A stretch of 64,000 nucleotides of DNA, from positions 520,518-584,517 of the forward strand of contig CM082591.2 in assembly GCA_040954595.2 (NCBI GenBank). The letters run 5' to 3'. This document shows positions 37,231-50,600 of the stretch, in pieces. A model generated the notes under the pieces. That model was not told the origin of the DNA, did no database searches, and was given only the letters and a program-made list of their open reading frames with translations. A program made the position numbers and the translations under genes. This DNA is from Balanoglossus misakiensis (Eukaryota > Animalia > Hemichordata). Positions within the stretch are counted from its first letter, which is position 1. Each line of letters opens with the position of its first letter.

Positions 37231-38644
37231 TTTCCTCTGTCTTGTCCTCTTCGCTTTTCAAGATTCTATTCGTACCCTAGACTTTTTTAAATGTCTGGTG
37301 GACCAGCAGAGTTGTGTGTTAATGTTTACATCCAAGTACATCAAGGCTGAAGAAAACAGTGGAAACCTGCTTATAAGATATACATTCATTAAGGTTACAG
37401 AACCATGCTTACTCCAGGAACAGAAAATGAAGTTTTAAAATGTGTCTGTTTTTTTCAGCATTATTCAGCAATTTGAAAATTAGAAAATGATTGCATTGTG
37501 GGTAAAAGATGACAATTTACTGTAATATACTAAGAGATATCACACATATGTAAAGCTGCTTTTGGTTTTAGCATATAACACTTGTTTAGCTTTTAAGTTC
37601 CACTTGTTAACATGGCAGAAATCCGCTATCTTGAAATTGTGTCGACCATGTGATATTTTTATCACTCACATAGGTATGATGTGTTCAGTCCAAGAATGGC
37701 CCATAATGGGATGACGAGTTAAAATGTAATTCTTGTAATTTTTGTGCAATATTGTCAGTTAATAACTTTTAGTAAATAAAGAAAAAATGTTCATGTATAT
37801 TAAAATGCTGTTGCTAGTTTGATCAATTTGATGGATTCTGGTTGAAGTCGACTATTACGTTGGAATATTCTGGGTTTTTTTTGAAACGGAAATTGGGAAA
37901 TTAAAAACCCTGTTTCCATTAACAGTTTAATTATTCAATTAAGTCATCTTAAACGCGGGACCTCTCACTGTTTGAAAAGTGTCCTTAATTATGAGACAAC
38001 CATTTCCCGATCTATCTCATATTACACCCTCAGGAGTATGTGGGAAAAGTAATTATTAACAATTAAAGTAATTAATTTTAACAATACAGTTTATCAATGA
38101 CTGGAATATAGTTTGAGGCAACGCTTTACTCTTCCAGAAGCTATTAAAATTATCTACTAAAAAGCTATTAAGTTCCAAGGATTTTTAAAGAAAACTAATT
38201 ATGACAGAAATTTCCTGATGAGATGTTACAATTTATTTAACTAGTATATGTCTTGAAAACGATATCGTAATAAACTTGGTCATCTTTGGACAACGCAACG
38301 TCAGAAAAGGGAGATCGTTTGACAATTCAGTCCAGAGATAGATCATTAAATCGGCTTAAATCAAAAACACAAAGTCACTTTAGAAACGTGTCTCCTTTCA
38401 TCAGAAATATGTTATTAGCTGAATATTTCTCATTATAATTAAGTATAATTATTTAATTGCAAAATTAGGGCGAACTAAAGACAAATACAGACGTTTCCCA
38501 CAGGCAATGTCACGTGTTACCATTTGCATAACAATTTTTTCTGCTATATATAATGTACATATAAATACAGAAGCAGTTGACTCCTCGCCAGTGTTGGATG
38601 GTTCAGATGATACGTTGCATGTCTGGCAATTGAGAGGGGAAATC

Positions 38645-41600
38645 ATGGATGCCAAATTCATCTTCGCATTCTTTTTAATTTCCAGTGTATGTTCCCTCGC
38701 GAAGGCCACGTGCCCTCATCTCGACCCCACCCTGTTGAAATGGAGCAACGATACAACGTGGGGAGCAGATTTTCGTATTCCCAGGGAAGGCAAGTGGGTT
38801 ATAGTCGATCAACCTATTCTCTTAGATACGTCACCGCCGCCGTTGACATCACTTCTCATCGCAAAGGGTGGCAAGCTTGTTTGGAGCGACGACGATGACA
38901 TCGAACTTATCGTCGGCAGCATTAAACTGGAAGGCGAACTTATTATAGGCAGTCCGACTTGCAAGTTCGAACACAAAGCGACTATAACTTTAATTGGTAA
39001 GTTCAAAAAATATATATATATACATCGTCATGTGGGCCAAAGTATTGTGATGCATGTATCTGTAGATCGTGGTTTATGGTTGACTCCTCGCATCCCAAAT
39101 TTATAATTTAAAGGGATCCTTCGAACGAGACCCACACGCGATCTCACTGCATACAAAGCAATAATTCATTGCTATGGTATTTGTGACGTCTTACAGGAAA
39201 ATCTGACGACGAGGACATGGAAGAAGACTGTCGATTCGGTCGCAAGTTCCTCGGCGTTGCGAGGGGAGGCACTTTGAGACTTCACGGAAAGGACAAACTC
39301 TCGTGGACAAAACTGAACCAAACCGCCGAACATGTTACATTTGACAATGGCTTGCTGTATGATTTCAGTGTAAGAAATGATTTCTTTGTTATATGATTAA
39401 ATTGCAAATTTCCAGTATTTTATGGAAGTCATGGGTAAATTTGGAAACCCAGCGAAAAGTTTATCTCCTGGAGAAAAACATAGCCAAAATTGAGACTAGA
39501 CCAGGATAATACAACTTGAAGATGCCCAGTAAAGAGTTTAGCTTATGGGGAGACTTGGCCAATTTCGTGTAAACTTCACAATGCTTATTATGTCATTTGG
39601 TAATTTCCCTCATAAAGGATCGACCACCCTCATCCAAACATACATTCACACATTCTAAACATTACGCATAACATGGCGAGAAAGGATTCCTCTCTTGCCC
39701 TCGCACACACACGCACAAAGAACACAACACTTCTCTACCATACCGATGACACTCCACACATTATCACAGACAGTGGTGTAATGCGGTATTCTCTTTTGGA
39801 GGATGTGGTGGCCCTGAAAAGGGCCGTTTTGTTTTGGGTTTGAAGCAAAGAATTATTTCTTAGCCTTCTTGGCAACTGGCTTCTTTGGTTTTGAAGCCTT
39901 CTTTGGGGTTTTCTTAGTTGTTGCTTTCTTCACAGGCTTCTTTGGTTTCTTGTCAGCTTTCTTTGGCGTCTTCTTCTTGGTTGCTGCTTTCTTAGGTGCT
40001 GCCTTTTTTGGTGTCTTGGCTTTGTCTGCCTTCTTTGGTTTCTTTGCCTTGGGCTTCTTGGCTGGCTTCTTCTTAGGGGACGCCTTGGGCTTCTTAGCGG
40101 GTTTCTTCTTGGGTTTCTCCGGCAACTTACCGACACGCAGACGGCCGGTAGCACCGGTTGCCGTGGAACCCTTGGGACGAACGAGAACACCAGATTCGAG
40201 ACCAGATTTGAGAGTCTTGCGGAGACTTGCAGGGAGATGAGTTGCGCTGACTGTAGGATAGTGAGAGAGAATGTAAGCCTTGATGGCCTGAACTGAGCTG
40301 CCTTTGGTATCTTTCAGGGTCTTGATAGCTTCAACCACCATGTCGATAGTCTTGGGGTGGGTAGGTGCGGCCTTGGCCTTCTTGGCGGGTGCGGATTCAG
40401 CCATTCTGATATGTTCTCCTGATGAGTTATCTAACAGATCCGTAATCAAGCTTGAGGGATAATGACTTGGTATCTCAGCGCTGGCCAATTTAAGCACCCT
40501 CCGCGAACGTCTGAGAAAACATAGGTGTTAATTGTCGGTGTGTGGACCAACTTCGCCATCTCCGTTGTGCTTCCTATCGCCAGTTTTTGTGGATTTTTAC
40601 GAGACTGTCTTGTCAGAAAGCAAGTTTTGTCTGAATCAAATCATAGATCTGTTAATCAGCAAAGGTCTGAAGGGAAAATTTCACCACTTCCGAGAACGTA
40701 GAGAGAACATTTTATCAGAAAGTGCGTGACACCAGTGTCGAAAATGGCTCCTCGCGACGATTGGGTTGTGTTAGACGACTACAAATATGTCGAAAATTTT
40801 CGCAGATTTTGATCTTAGGTGAACTATTTAAAACGGGATTTTGGAAGGACATATAGTTGGCCACGGTATAAAACATTAAAAGCGTTTTAGTCACGTAGAA
40901 TCATAAAAATATTACGGTTGGTAGATGTCAGGAGCCCAGTCAACCCCTTGGTTGTTTGGAATGGTGGTCCATGGGTGGCTATGGTGGGATGACCTGGAAA
41001 AATGTATAGTGGCATTCTCGATGGAAAATGCTTCAATCGATGTTTCTCTTCCATTCGGACATGATTGTCCTCAAAAACTACATCCATTTCATCTTTATTT
41101 ACAGGCTACTGAAGACTCAGACACGCGTCTCAAAGGCCTCTACGCGGCTGCATGGTATCCAAATGGCTCCCTGTACGCTTTCGAGATTTTCCGCACCACA
41201 GAAGATCGCTTTATTGAACGTGACACTGAAAATTATTTAGAATTTATTGACAGTAAGTTTTATTTTATCAGTTTCACTTTTTTGAGAGAGCGAAGGCGTT
41301 TTCCCAGCCAAATTGTCTTGTGGGTATCTTCTGTGATGTGAGACATTGTATTTTGTGACTCGATAATCATGAGCTCCTTTGTTAACAAACAAAAAGAATA
41401 CCGAATGTGTGGTAGCACCTTGTAGTCTGTGTGTGTAACAAAATAAATTATGATAATTTCATCAGGTGTTCCAGAAGGTTACGTAGTTGCCGTCGTGGAT
41501 CGTCGGGAATTCACCAAAGTTCCCGGGTATGACTACGAACCGATCTACGCAGCAACCGAAGATTTAGCGGCTTTGCCGAGAGGAACCTCCAAGCTCCGAA

Positions 41601-44600
41601 GTACACGTGGTTACGACGCGTATGCCCTACTCGCGGTGAAAGGTAAGGGTGCGAAAGTCTATCTGCAATTTTATATAAAGGTGTCCTTTTTCATTTTTCT
41701 AATCGACAGCCTCTCCAAACGATGGCTGGATGCGCAGTCGACGAGAATGTTAACGCCTTCTTATCACTCTTACGCCCTCATAGGACAGAACGAATACACA
41801 GTGGAAACCAGAGATGTAGACGATGGATCCAAAAGTCAGACCATTGCCGGATTCATCAGTCGGACGGTGAACGGCGCCGTTTACACCATTCAAAGCGTCT
41901 TAGATACCAGCGGTGGGAACGACGAAGGGGTAGAATTTTACGTCGTCAACAAAGATACCGCCTTCCCAAAGTTAAGTACCATCGATGATGTCACCAGCTG
42001 GAACGCAGGTACGCTTTCAGTTGTCATAAACTTTGCTGTTATGATCCATACTTTTACCCGAGATAGCTAAACAGTGCTACTTGTGGCAGCTTTGTGAGCG
42101 TGTGCGCGTGACTTGTCATCTTCGAACAGTATCTTTTTTTTTTTTATTTCTTTCTCCCTTTATCCAAGGTGACACAGTGGTAATCGCTTCCACGGATTAC
42201 GACATGGAACAAGCAGAAGAGAAGACCATTTATCCGTGTTTTGATTGCCTGCCAAATGAATTCCGTGTGGACTGTAAGAATGATGTACCAGTATATATTT
42301 ACGCGAAGGCAATTTGATAGTGATTTTATGTTTGATAACTTATATAACCAGAATGGATTCACCCAAACGCCTCTTCTTTTCTCTCAATATTGCTGGTTAT
42401 CATTCTCTATTATTTTGACTCCAAAGGTCCACCTAAGTACACTCATTATGGAGAAATGACTGAAGGAATTGATGAACGAGGTGAAGTTGCTCTGCTGACC
42501 AGAAACATCTTGATTCAAGGTCAAATGGAAAACAAATGTTATGGCAACAACAAGTGTGATCTGCTCGATGAAGATACATTTGGTGGACATTTACTGGTAA
42601 CTTCCAAGTTCTTATTACGAAATCCAGACTATGCACTTGAAAGTTAACGTCTCTCAAACTTGTCAGGTGGATCATTTTAGAGAAGTCACCAATGGCACTG
42701 CCTGTTGGCCACCGGAAGTGCCAACATGAGACGGTTGGCATGTGGGGATATCAATGTACATATGAGCAGTTAATAATCGAATGCAAATGTCGTGAAATGT
42801 TTTTCAGGTATCTGAAGAGTATGAAGAAGTGTATATCGAAGGAGTTGAATTTAAAAACATGGGTCAGCAGGCGACAGAAGGTAGTTATTTTACATTGAGT
42901 ACAGTTTGCATTAGCGATGCGTTCTGGCATTCAATATGGCCGCCAGTCGCCCCATCATGCACCATATTCACTTGTCCACAGACAGTCGACTTATATGAGA
43001 GATCTGGACACCCTAATACAAGGATGTGTACGACTGTCACTCTGTATGTATGATTTACCCAGGACTTGTATTGATTTGAATACTCTTTGCAGGACGCAAC
43101 CCTGTTCACTTTGCCATGCTTGGTGACGTTGGATGCAAAGCCTTCTTCAAGGGCAACAGTATCCATCATTCCTATTCCCGTTGTGTCAACATCCGGGGCA
43201 CTTTTGGACTTCTGGTAAGGGTGAACGCGTGCTCACTCTCAAATATATTTTACTACTTCTGGAATCTAAATTTATCATTGTTCATATTCAGTTTAAATTC
43301 GATACTTTTAAATTCCAAGATGAAAACAATTTACTTCTTTACAGGTTGAAGACAACGTTGGATATGACATCATGGGTCACTGCTATTTTCTCAGCGACGG
43401 TGTGGAGACTGATAACGTGTTTGACGGGAATATCGGGATGAATATCAAGTACAGCACACTGCTTCCGACTGAGAGATCCTGCGAGTGGCATCGCGCTCTC
43501 TTCCCCAAAGATGGCCAGGGCGAACAACCCGGATGTGGCGAATCAGAGTGAGTGACCAGTTTACTCAGTGACCACTTTCCTCTGTGGCAGATTAATGCGC
43601 CTTTGAGGCGCTTCTTTCGCCACGTGTTTTAATTTTCTGGATGTGAATGTCAGCAATGCTTATGCAGTATTCAGAATCTTGCATCTCTCCATCGCTCAGC
43701 ATACACGCGGTGACTTAAATTCAGTTTGTTTTGATTTTGCAGGGGTGTTTCTGCTTTCTGGATTGCTCATCCACAAAATGTAGTTCGTAACAATGTGGCA
43801 GCGGGGTCTGTGGTGAGTATCCATTGATCATTTGTTTGACTGTGGAGGGAGGGAGGGAGGGAGGGAGTCAAAGAACACTGTCCATAGAATGTGTGGGTGA
43901 CTGACACGACAAAGGCTTTCCTTACGAGAAATATATTGTTTCAGGACGCCGGATTTTGGTTTCCATTATTTGAAGAGGCTACCGGCGATTCGGCTGCAAA
44001 GTTTCCATTTCCGATCAAAACACCTTTACACACTCCTATTTTGGAGTTCACAAACAACGGCGCTCACTCTGGCAAGGTAAGGTTGGGTTACATCTATCAT
44101 TATTAAATATGTCACTTTTCGATTAAAAGTATCATTACGAATATAATGATATATCATCATTTGGCTAATTACTGTGTTATTGTGTGTATAATAACGACTT
44201 AGACATTATTTTTCTTTTGTTACGTTTAGTATGGCATTTTCCAATTAAAATATAATAGTTAAATTTCCGAAAAATACAATTTACCGTTAATAGCAAAATG
44301 ATTATACACCCATTAATTAATCTCTCCGGCCACTAACCAATACTGTATTGCTAATTAACACACAGATTGGGCTGATAATGGACCGCAGAATTAAAACCAC
44401 AGAGCCCTCTAGCGACAAACCACAGGCATATCTGGCTTTCCTGAGTGACAATGAATATTCACCCTGGGCGGTGCCTGACGATCCAACTTCTGGCAGAGCG
44501 ACCTCATACTTCCGAAAGTAATTAACTTTTCCAAACTTAAACTTTAGAGGGACATTAGCTTTAACATATTGCTATTTCTGTGTCATTTTTGTGCGTGTCA

Positions 44601-47600
44601 GTTGTAGGTTATTTTTCTTCTACCAATTTCCAGCATTCTGATTGTCAACATTGCCTGTGTTTCTGTTACAGACTGACCGCTTACAAAAACTCAGAAGTGA
44701 ATGCATTCGCCAGAGGTGGGGATATAACGTTTGCATTTTCCTCGTAAGTACCTTTAGCGATTGAGAATGTCGGATTTTGGTTTTCAAACATTGCTTGTGT
44801 TTTCCGATGTTTGGGTATTTGTCCTAATAGACTCTAACATTTCTTCTAGGTTTGGTGATTCTCCAGCTGGTCTTGAATTCGCCGCGAGCGATAGCGGTTT
44901 GCGTCAATCCTCGGACAACTTGTTCATTGGTCAATCCAAGAACACGGGAAAGCCATGCACGTATTCTAATGGAGAAGGCTCCGTGACTTTCAACCGATCT
45001 CTGCCACAGTGTGACAAAACACCGTATGTTGAATACAAATCATACTTTTCTCTCTTTTCACTGTTTCTTACTACATTTTTCTACTCTACAATTTACTGGA
45101 AACTGCATTTGATGTACACATATGTTTCTTGTCCAGGGATATCCCTTTCTACGGATTCGTTGTGAAGGACGGACCGAATTTGATCAACCACTGTCTGTTC
45201 AAGGGTTACGTGAACGAGGCTTGGACCGCCGGCGGCGAGAGCGGTCTGATCCCCGCCGGAGGAATCGGCTTCATTACAGAAAACACCGAGCCGCCGAAAG
45301 TAACCATGGTGACTGGCTTACACTACGATTTTGATGATGAGGTAAATGGCGGCGCTGTTTTCAGTTTGGTCAAATGTGTTTTTCGCTATCACTCCCTGTA
45401 TGTTCTTTTATTTGTCTGCATATATCAAGGAATTTCTGTCGTATATTGCTATAAACTATTCCAGAGTCAATGCTGTTTGTTATGCCAAACATCTAAAGAC
45501 TGATCGTTCGTTTTCTTTTGTAGATTGGCGGTAACCGTGTTTTCAACGGTGACGAGAGTCTCTCTGGTTTTACAAACTACGGCGGCGATCAGCTAGCCTC
45601 GTTCTACGACGTCGACGGTTGCACCACGGGATACTCCGACACGACGGTTGTTAAGGATGTTCCGTTCTTGACGTCACCGTTGTGTTACTTCCATGACACG
45701 TGGCAGATGAGCGTTTGTCCTTATCATTACTCAAGAGTGAGTGAATGCAAAGCGCTCCAAGAGTGTTTGATGGATTGGATGATGATGACTTATGGGGTGA
45801 TGGTCAGGGGGCCACTTCATAGTGGATGACAAAGTGCCAATGAGAATCTAATAAATACATGTATGACCAAAAATGCGCTGGAAACTAAAATTAACTTTCA
45901 TTTGATCTAGGTAAGCGTCAACATCGAAGGAAGAGAAGACGTCATAATGGTCAGAGACGACGCTTACGATCAACAATTTTCACTGAACGGTAAGCATAAT
46001 CTGATTGGTCCACATGATCTCGCTAATTTATATATATCTGCATGACAATGTGGACTAATGGCGATTCTTTTCTAATTTACAGAAGTAACTTGGAATGAGT
46101 TCTTGTTAATGAACGACAAGTCTTACACCATGCACTTCAACGTTCAACCACCCAGTACTGTGCAACTATCGTTTTCATTCCTTTACGGACACGCGTATGT
46201 ATAGTTCCAGTAATTTAGAAATAAATCTTAAATGTCATTGGACAACCATTCCTGATCATGTGCAACTTTGACGAAACCTAAGAAAAGAAATACAATTGTA
46301 TCAGTTATGCTATCAATGTGAAATAGATCCAGTCGTCCGCATCGTCTACACCAGCAACGTTTATTATCTCCAACAGAGGTGATTATGTACGACTTGGCGT
46401 CTGTTTCCAAAAAGATGTGGAAGGCTTTGAGTTCAATGATGGCAGAACCGCTGTAGGGAGTATTGAAGAGATTGACGCAGACGACAATGGCAACACTTAC
46501 TTCTGGGATTCATCAACTGGGTAAGCAGAATGTGGAGAAACCTCATGCGCTGAGTTATTCATAAAGTTCATCATCAGCTATTCAAAGTATGAAAGACAGA
46601 CAAGCGTTTTTGTATGGGTAACTTAGCAAGTGTAACCTTGAGAACAATGTATGGGTAAATTAGTACCAGCAGGCACTAATCTGTTTAGCAAAATACATGT
46701 GTTTTTGTCATTGTGTCGTGAATAACCACTTTATCTTTCTGTGTCGCCAGGTTGCTATTCTTCAAAGTTGTTAGTAAATTTGATCCAGAAGGAAAACTGT
46801 TTGAATGTACATCTGAAGAGCAATGTCCAACAATCAGAATAACACCTGATGGGGGCAGTAGAGGTGTACCTGAGTGTTATACTGATGCTTATGGACCGTA
46901 CATAAAGGAGTCGGATGTGAGTAATATACTGTAATGTATTGTAATGTAATGTAATGCTATGTGATGTGATGTGATGTGATGTGATTTGATGTGGTGTGAT
47001 ACGATGGATGAACAGTCGTTGCGAAGAGGATACATTTAATATGCCAGTAACGTGAACTCAGAACAAAATCTATATGCACAGTCTTGTTGACAGGTATTTC
47101 CAGGCATGCAAATGTGACGTCATGCAGATAGTAGTGACGTCATGCGGGCAATGGCGACGTCATGCAGACAATACCCATTAGATCTCCACATTCATTCTGA
47201 TGTTTTTCTTTCCCTTTCACGCACCACAAAAGACTGAAAACTCGAAGCGTGACGCGGTAAGTGATAGCTTTTGTTAAGGCACACCATGAAGAACTCTATC
47301 CAATTTCCACTATTGTGTGATAATTTCGCTGTGTAAAAAAACTAATATTAGCCACTAACTGTGCCAAGGCGACCCCTGGAAAGCAAGTCTATAGCTGCTT
47401 GTTATGTCACTACTTTCCTGAACTCCAGGTTTCGTGTGCAATTATAAATGTTCCACTGCAAAACCATTAGATTAATGAATCATTTACGTTAATTGTTATT
47501 CTTTTGCTAAAGTTTGTTTTTAATCGAAAGTTGATTTCTTTATCTCTATTTGCAACTCGTGAAATGTCACTAGACCACTCAACGCGTTGGTCCAATCATT

Positions 47601-50600
47601 GACCAGGAAGACCACAGTGCTACTTCAACAGTAAGTATATCCAGTGAATTAATGGCATTCCACTTTAAGGAAACAAAGTATTTTGATTTTGTAAAATTGA
47701 CCAAACGCGCTCCTGTGAGAACCATACAATAATTCAAGTAAGTCTTAAAGTTCACACAAAGACACAAAGTTATAAAATGAATATAACAAATGACATATTG
47801 ACAAAATATGGTTTTCACATTCCTTCATTTTTGAATGACTATAGTTTTAACTTCTGTATGAGACTATGTTGCCTCTGTTTTACTTGCATTCGAAGGTGAT
47901 AGGTGCTGGAGTTTCGCGCCCATTCAACAACAGGCGCATTCTCATCGTTGGAGGTAAGAAATTTCGAACGGATATGAGCGTCAGCCGAGCATTTCCGCTT
48001 CACAAACATGATTGCTGTAGCTTTAGCTGAGTTTGGAAATCGGATTCCAAAAAAACGAAACTTTTCTTAGAGACTTGTATGTTTTCAAAACACACCAGAA
48101 CAGATAGTTTACATTCGGGTAAAATTTGGAATGCAATTGTGGTTTTTAATGGCGGCATATATTTGCATAAAGATGGCGGATCTCATCCACTCTCGATTCC
48201 GTACTTCCGTCCAGAGGTTTTTACTGTCGTGAATGTTGGCCTAAACATATCACCTTCTAATTAAATATATTTGCAAGAGATATATGTTACATAACTTGTT
48301 TTTATCTTTTTCAGAGGGATCTGCTGATCCAAATTACGTAGGTGAGTATGTTAATGGAATAGGTAGAATTCATGAAAATACCAATATCATACATGCGTAA
48401 ATTTACATAATGAATTTAATGATGGCAGCACTTTTAGTGTTGGTTCTTCAGCAGTAGAATGTTTCCAGTTGTTGTAACTTGACTTTGTTTGTTGGCATTT
48501 GTATCAGTTAATGGTAATTGGGGCGCGTGGACATCCTGGTCGGAATGCAGCAATACTTGCGATGGTATCCGCCAACGAAGGAGATCATGTGATGACCCTC
48601 CTCCAGAGAATGGTGGTCTGTTGTGTTCTGGTCAGGGCAACGAAGTGGAGCAATGCATAGGCGTCGTCGGTTGCCCAGTGGATGGGAACTGGGGCGAGTG
48701 GACCCCGTGGTCCAACTGCTCCGCGGAGTGTGATGGCGGCATGCAGAACCGTACTCGCCTGTGTGACAACCCTCCGGCGGTGTACGGGGGTGCGCCCTGT
48801 GACGGGGCGGACGCAGAGAGCGAACCTTGCAATACGGATCCTTGCCCAAGTAAGACTGTTAGAGAGCTTTCGGTTATTGTCAAGAGGGTTGGGCCGGAGG
48901 AGTCAGGTGAGGCCCATCAGAGTTCAAGAAGCGGTCACAGGGAAAGTTGAGAGTTCTCACACAATCTCACTGTGGTGGGGATAAAGTACTGGTAGATACT
49001 GGCTTGCCTGCAGAATATAAATTGTATAGGTTCACCAGTCATTTTTGACAGTGAGCTTATTGGATTCTCTGATGCAGGTGTGCAGTTATGGCTCAAATTT
49101 TGCACACAGGAAACATTTTCAGGCGTGTGAATATTCTTTCTTTGGGTTTCCACAGTGATGTTGTGTGCTTTGTACTCCAAAGCTACTTTCCCCAGAGCTT
49201 GAGTTCATCACAACAAGCCACATCAAACTCTCACTAAATCTCGCATATCACACGCTTACAGTCTCTGATCAAACCTCACGAGATTTTACTCTCACCCAAC
49301 ACCTTCACAGTCTTTACTTCCGTTTTGTTGTTTGCGCATGCACAGTTCCTCCACACAGGGACTGTGCTGCATGGCACTTTCGATGCCACTAACTAAACTA
49401 GTGCTGTATAACAGGCTTGTTTAAAAACAGGTAAGGATGCTTCATTTCTGAAGAAATCTCCCCCGTTGTTTATCAATGAATGGAGAATGGAGCGAAGGCT
49501 AGTCATGTGGGACGGTTCATATATGATGTGCACCATCTGGAACTTTTATAAAGTACATGAAACGAGGATAGACTTCCATTGAAGTGTGTACATGTATCCT
49601 ATAACCCATGTGGTGGACAGTTTAGTTCTGAATACATCTTTGTCTCTTCATTCAAGCCACCGACGCACCTATCGACGAAATCGTGGTGGCTGCACACTTG
49701 AATTATTCCCACGTCGGTTGTTTTATCGATGAAAGAGGGCGTGATCTCTCCAGAATGGAAGTGGACGACAGATACACAATGAGGGCGGACTTTTGCGTTG
49801 GTCACTGCGTTCATTATGGTTATTTCTTCGCCGCTATTCAAAACGGACGGTACTGTCGATGTGGACACACCTACGGAAGATACGGCAAAGCCGACAGCAG
49901 CGAATGTGATAAGCCCTGTCCTGGAGACGAATCCGTTACATGCGGAGGATCCAACAGAAATGACATCTATTACACTGGTATAGGTAAGGTCATGCAGACA
50001 TAATCTTTTGTGTTCCCATAAATCAAGTTGGCATAATTTCCAGCGATTTAAAAAAGGTTGACTCCCGTTCACCTCATGGCCAGTTAATTTATGCATAATA
50101 TATCAAGGCACACGTGACTATGATAAGACCAATTACAGCGAAGAAAATCGACTTGTACCATCTGGTCCGCAAAGTTTGGCTAGTCCGGCATGGGTACTGT
50201 TTCGACGGAGTTAACGAACCAGAATTGAACACAGCTTGGCTATGATGGATTGGGGAACAGCATAACAGCATTGTAATTTCGCAAAATTATTGAGAAATAC
50301 TTTGTTATTATTACACTGGGTTTTCTCTTCCAGAACTCCCTGAGAGAAGGCCATGTCTGGACGGCAGAGGTGTTCTACTGGCAAATCGATGCTTTGTGTA
50401 TGAGTCAGCTGCTTTGAAGTGGTATGAAGCTGCACAGGATTGTGTCATCGCTGGGGGTCATCTGGCTAACATCATTGGCCCAGGTCAACAGGTGAGGGAG
50501 TCTCAATACACTCATTGCAAATCTCAAAGGCGGCCATGATGTTTCTGCGTGTATGCCGGAAGTGTGCGGCATTTGAAAATTTCGCTCCTGAAATTCCACA

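Noticed and set aside
39869-40240. Hydrophobic 123-aa plus-strand ORF resembling a membrane protein
   Set aside because: It is the antisense shadow of Lys/Ala codons in H1.
40405-40497. N-terminal extension of the H1 ORF in the ORF track (214 aa)
   Set aside because: It starts at a non-ATG codon in promoter/5' UTR sequence. MAESAPAKK at 40404 is the typical H1 start.
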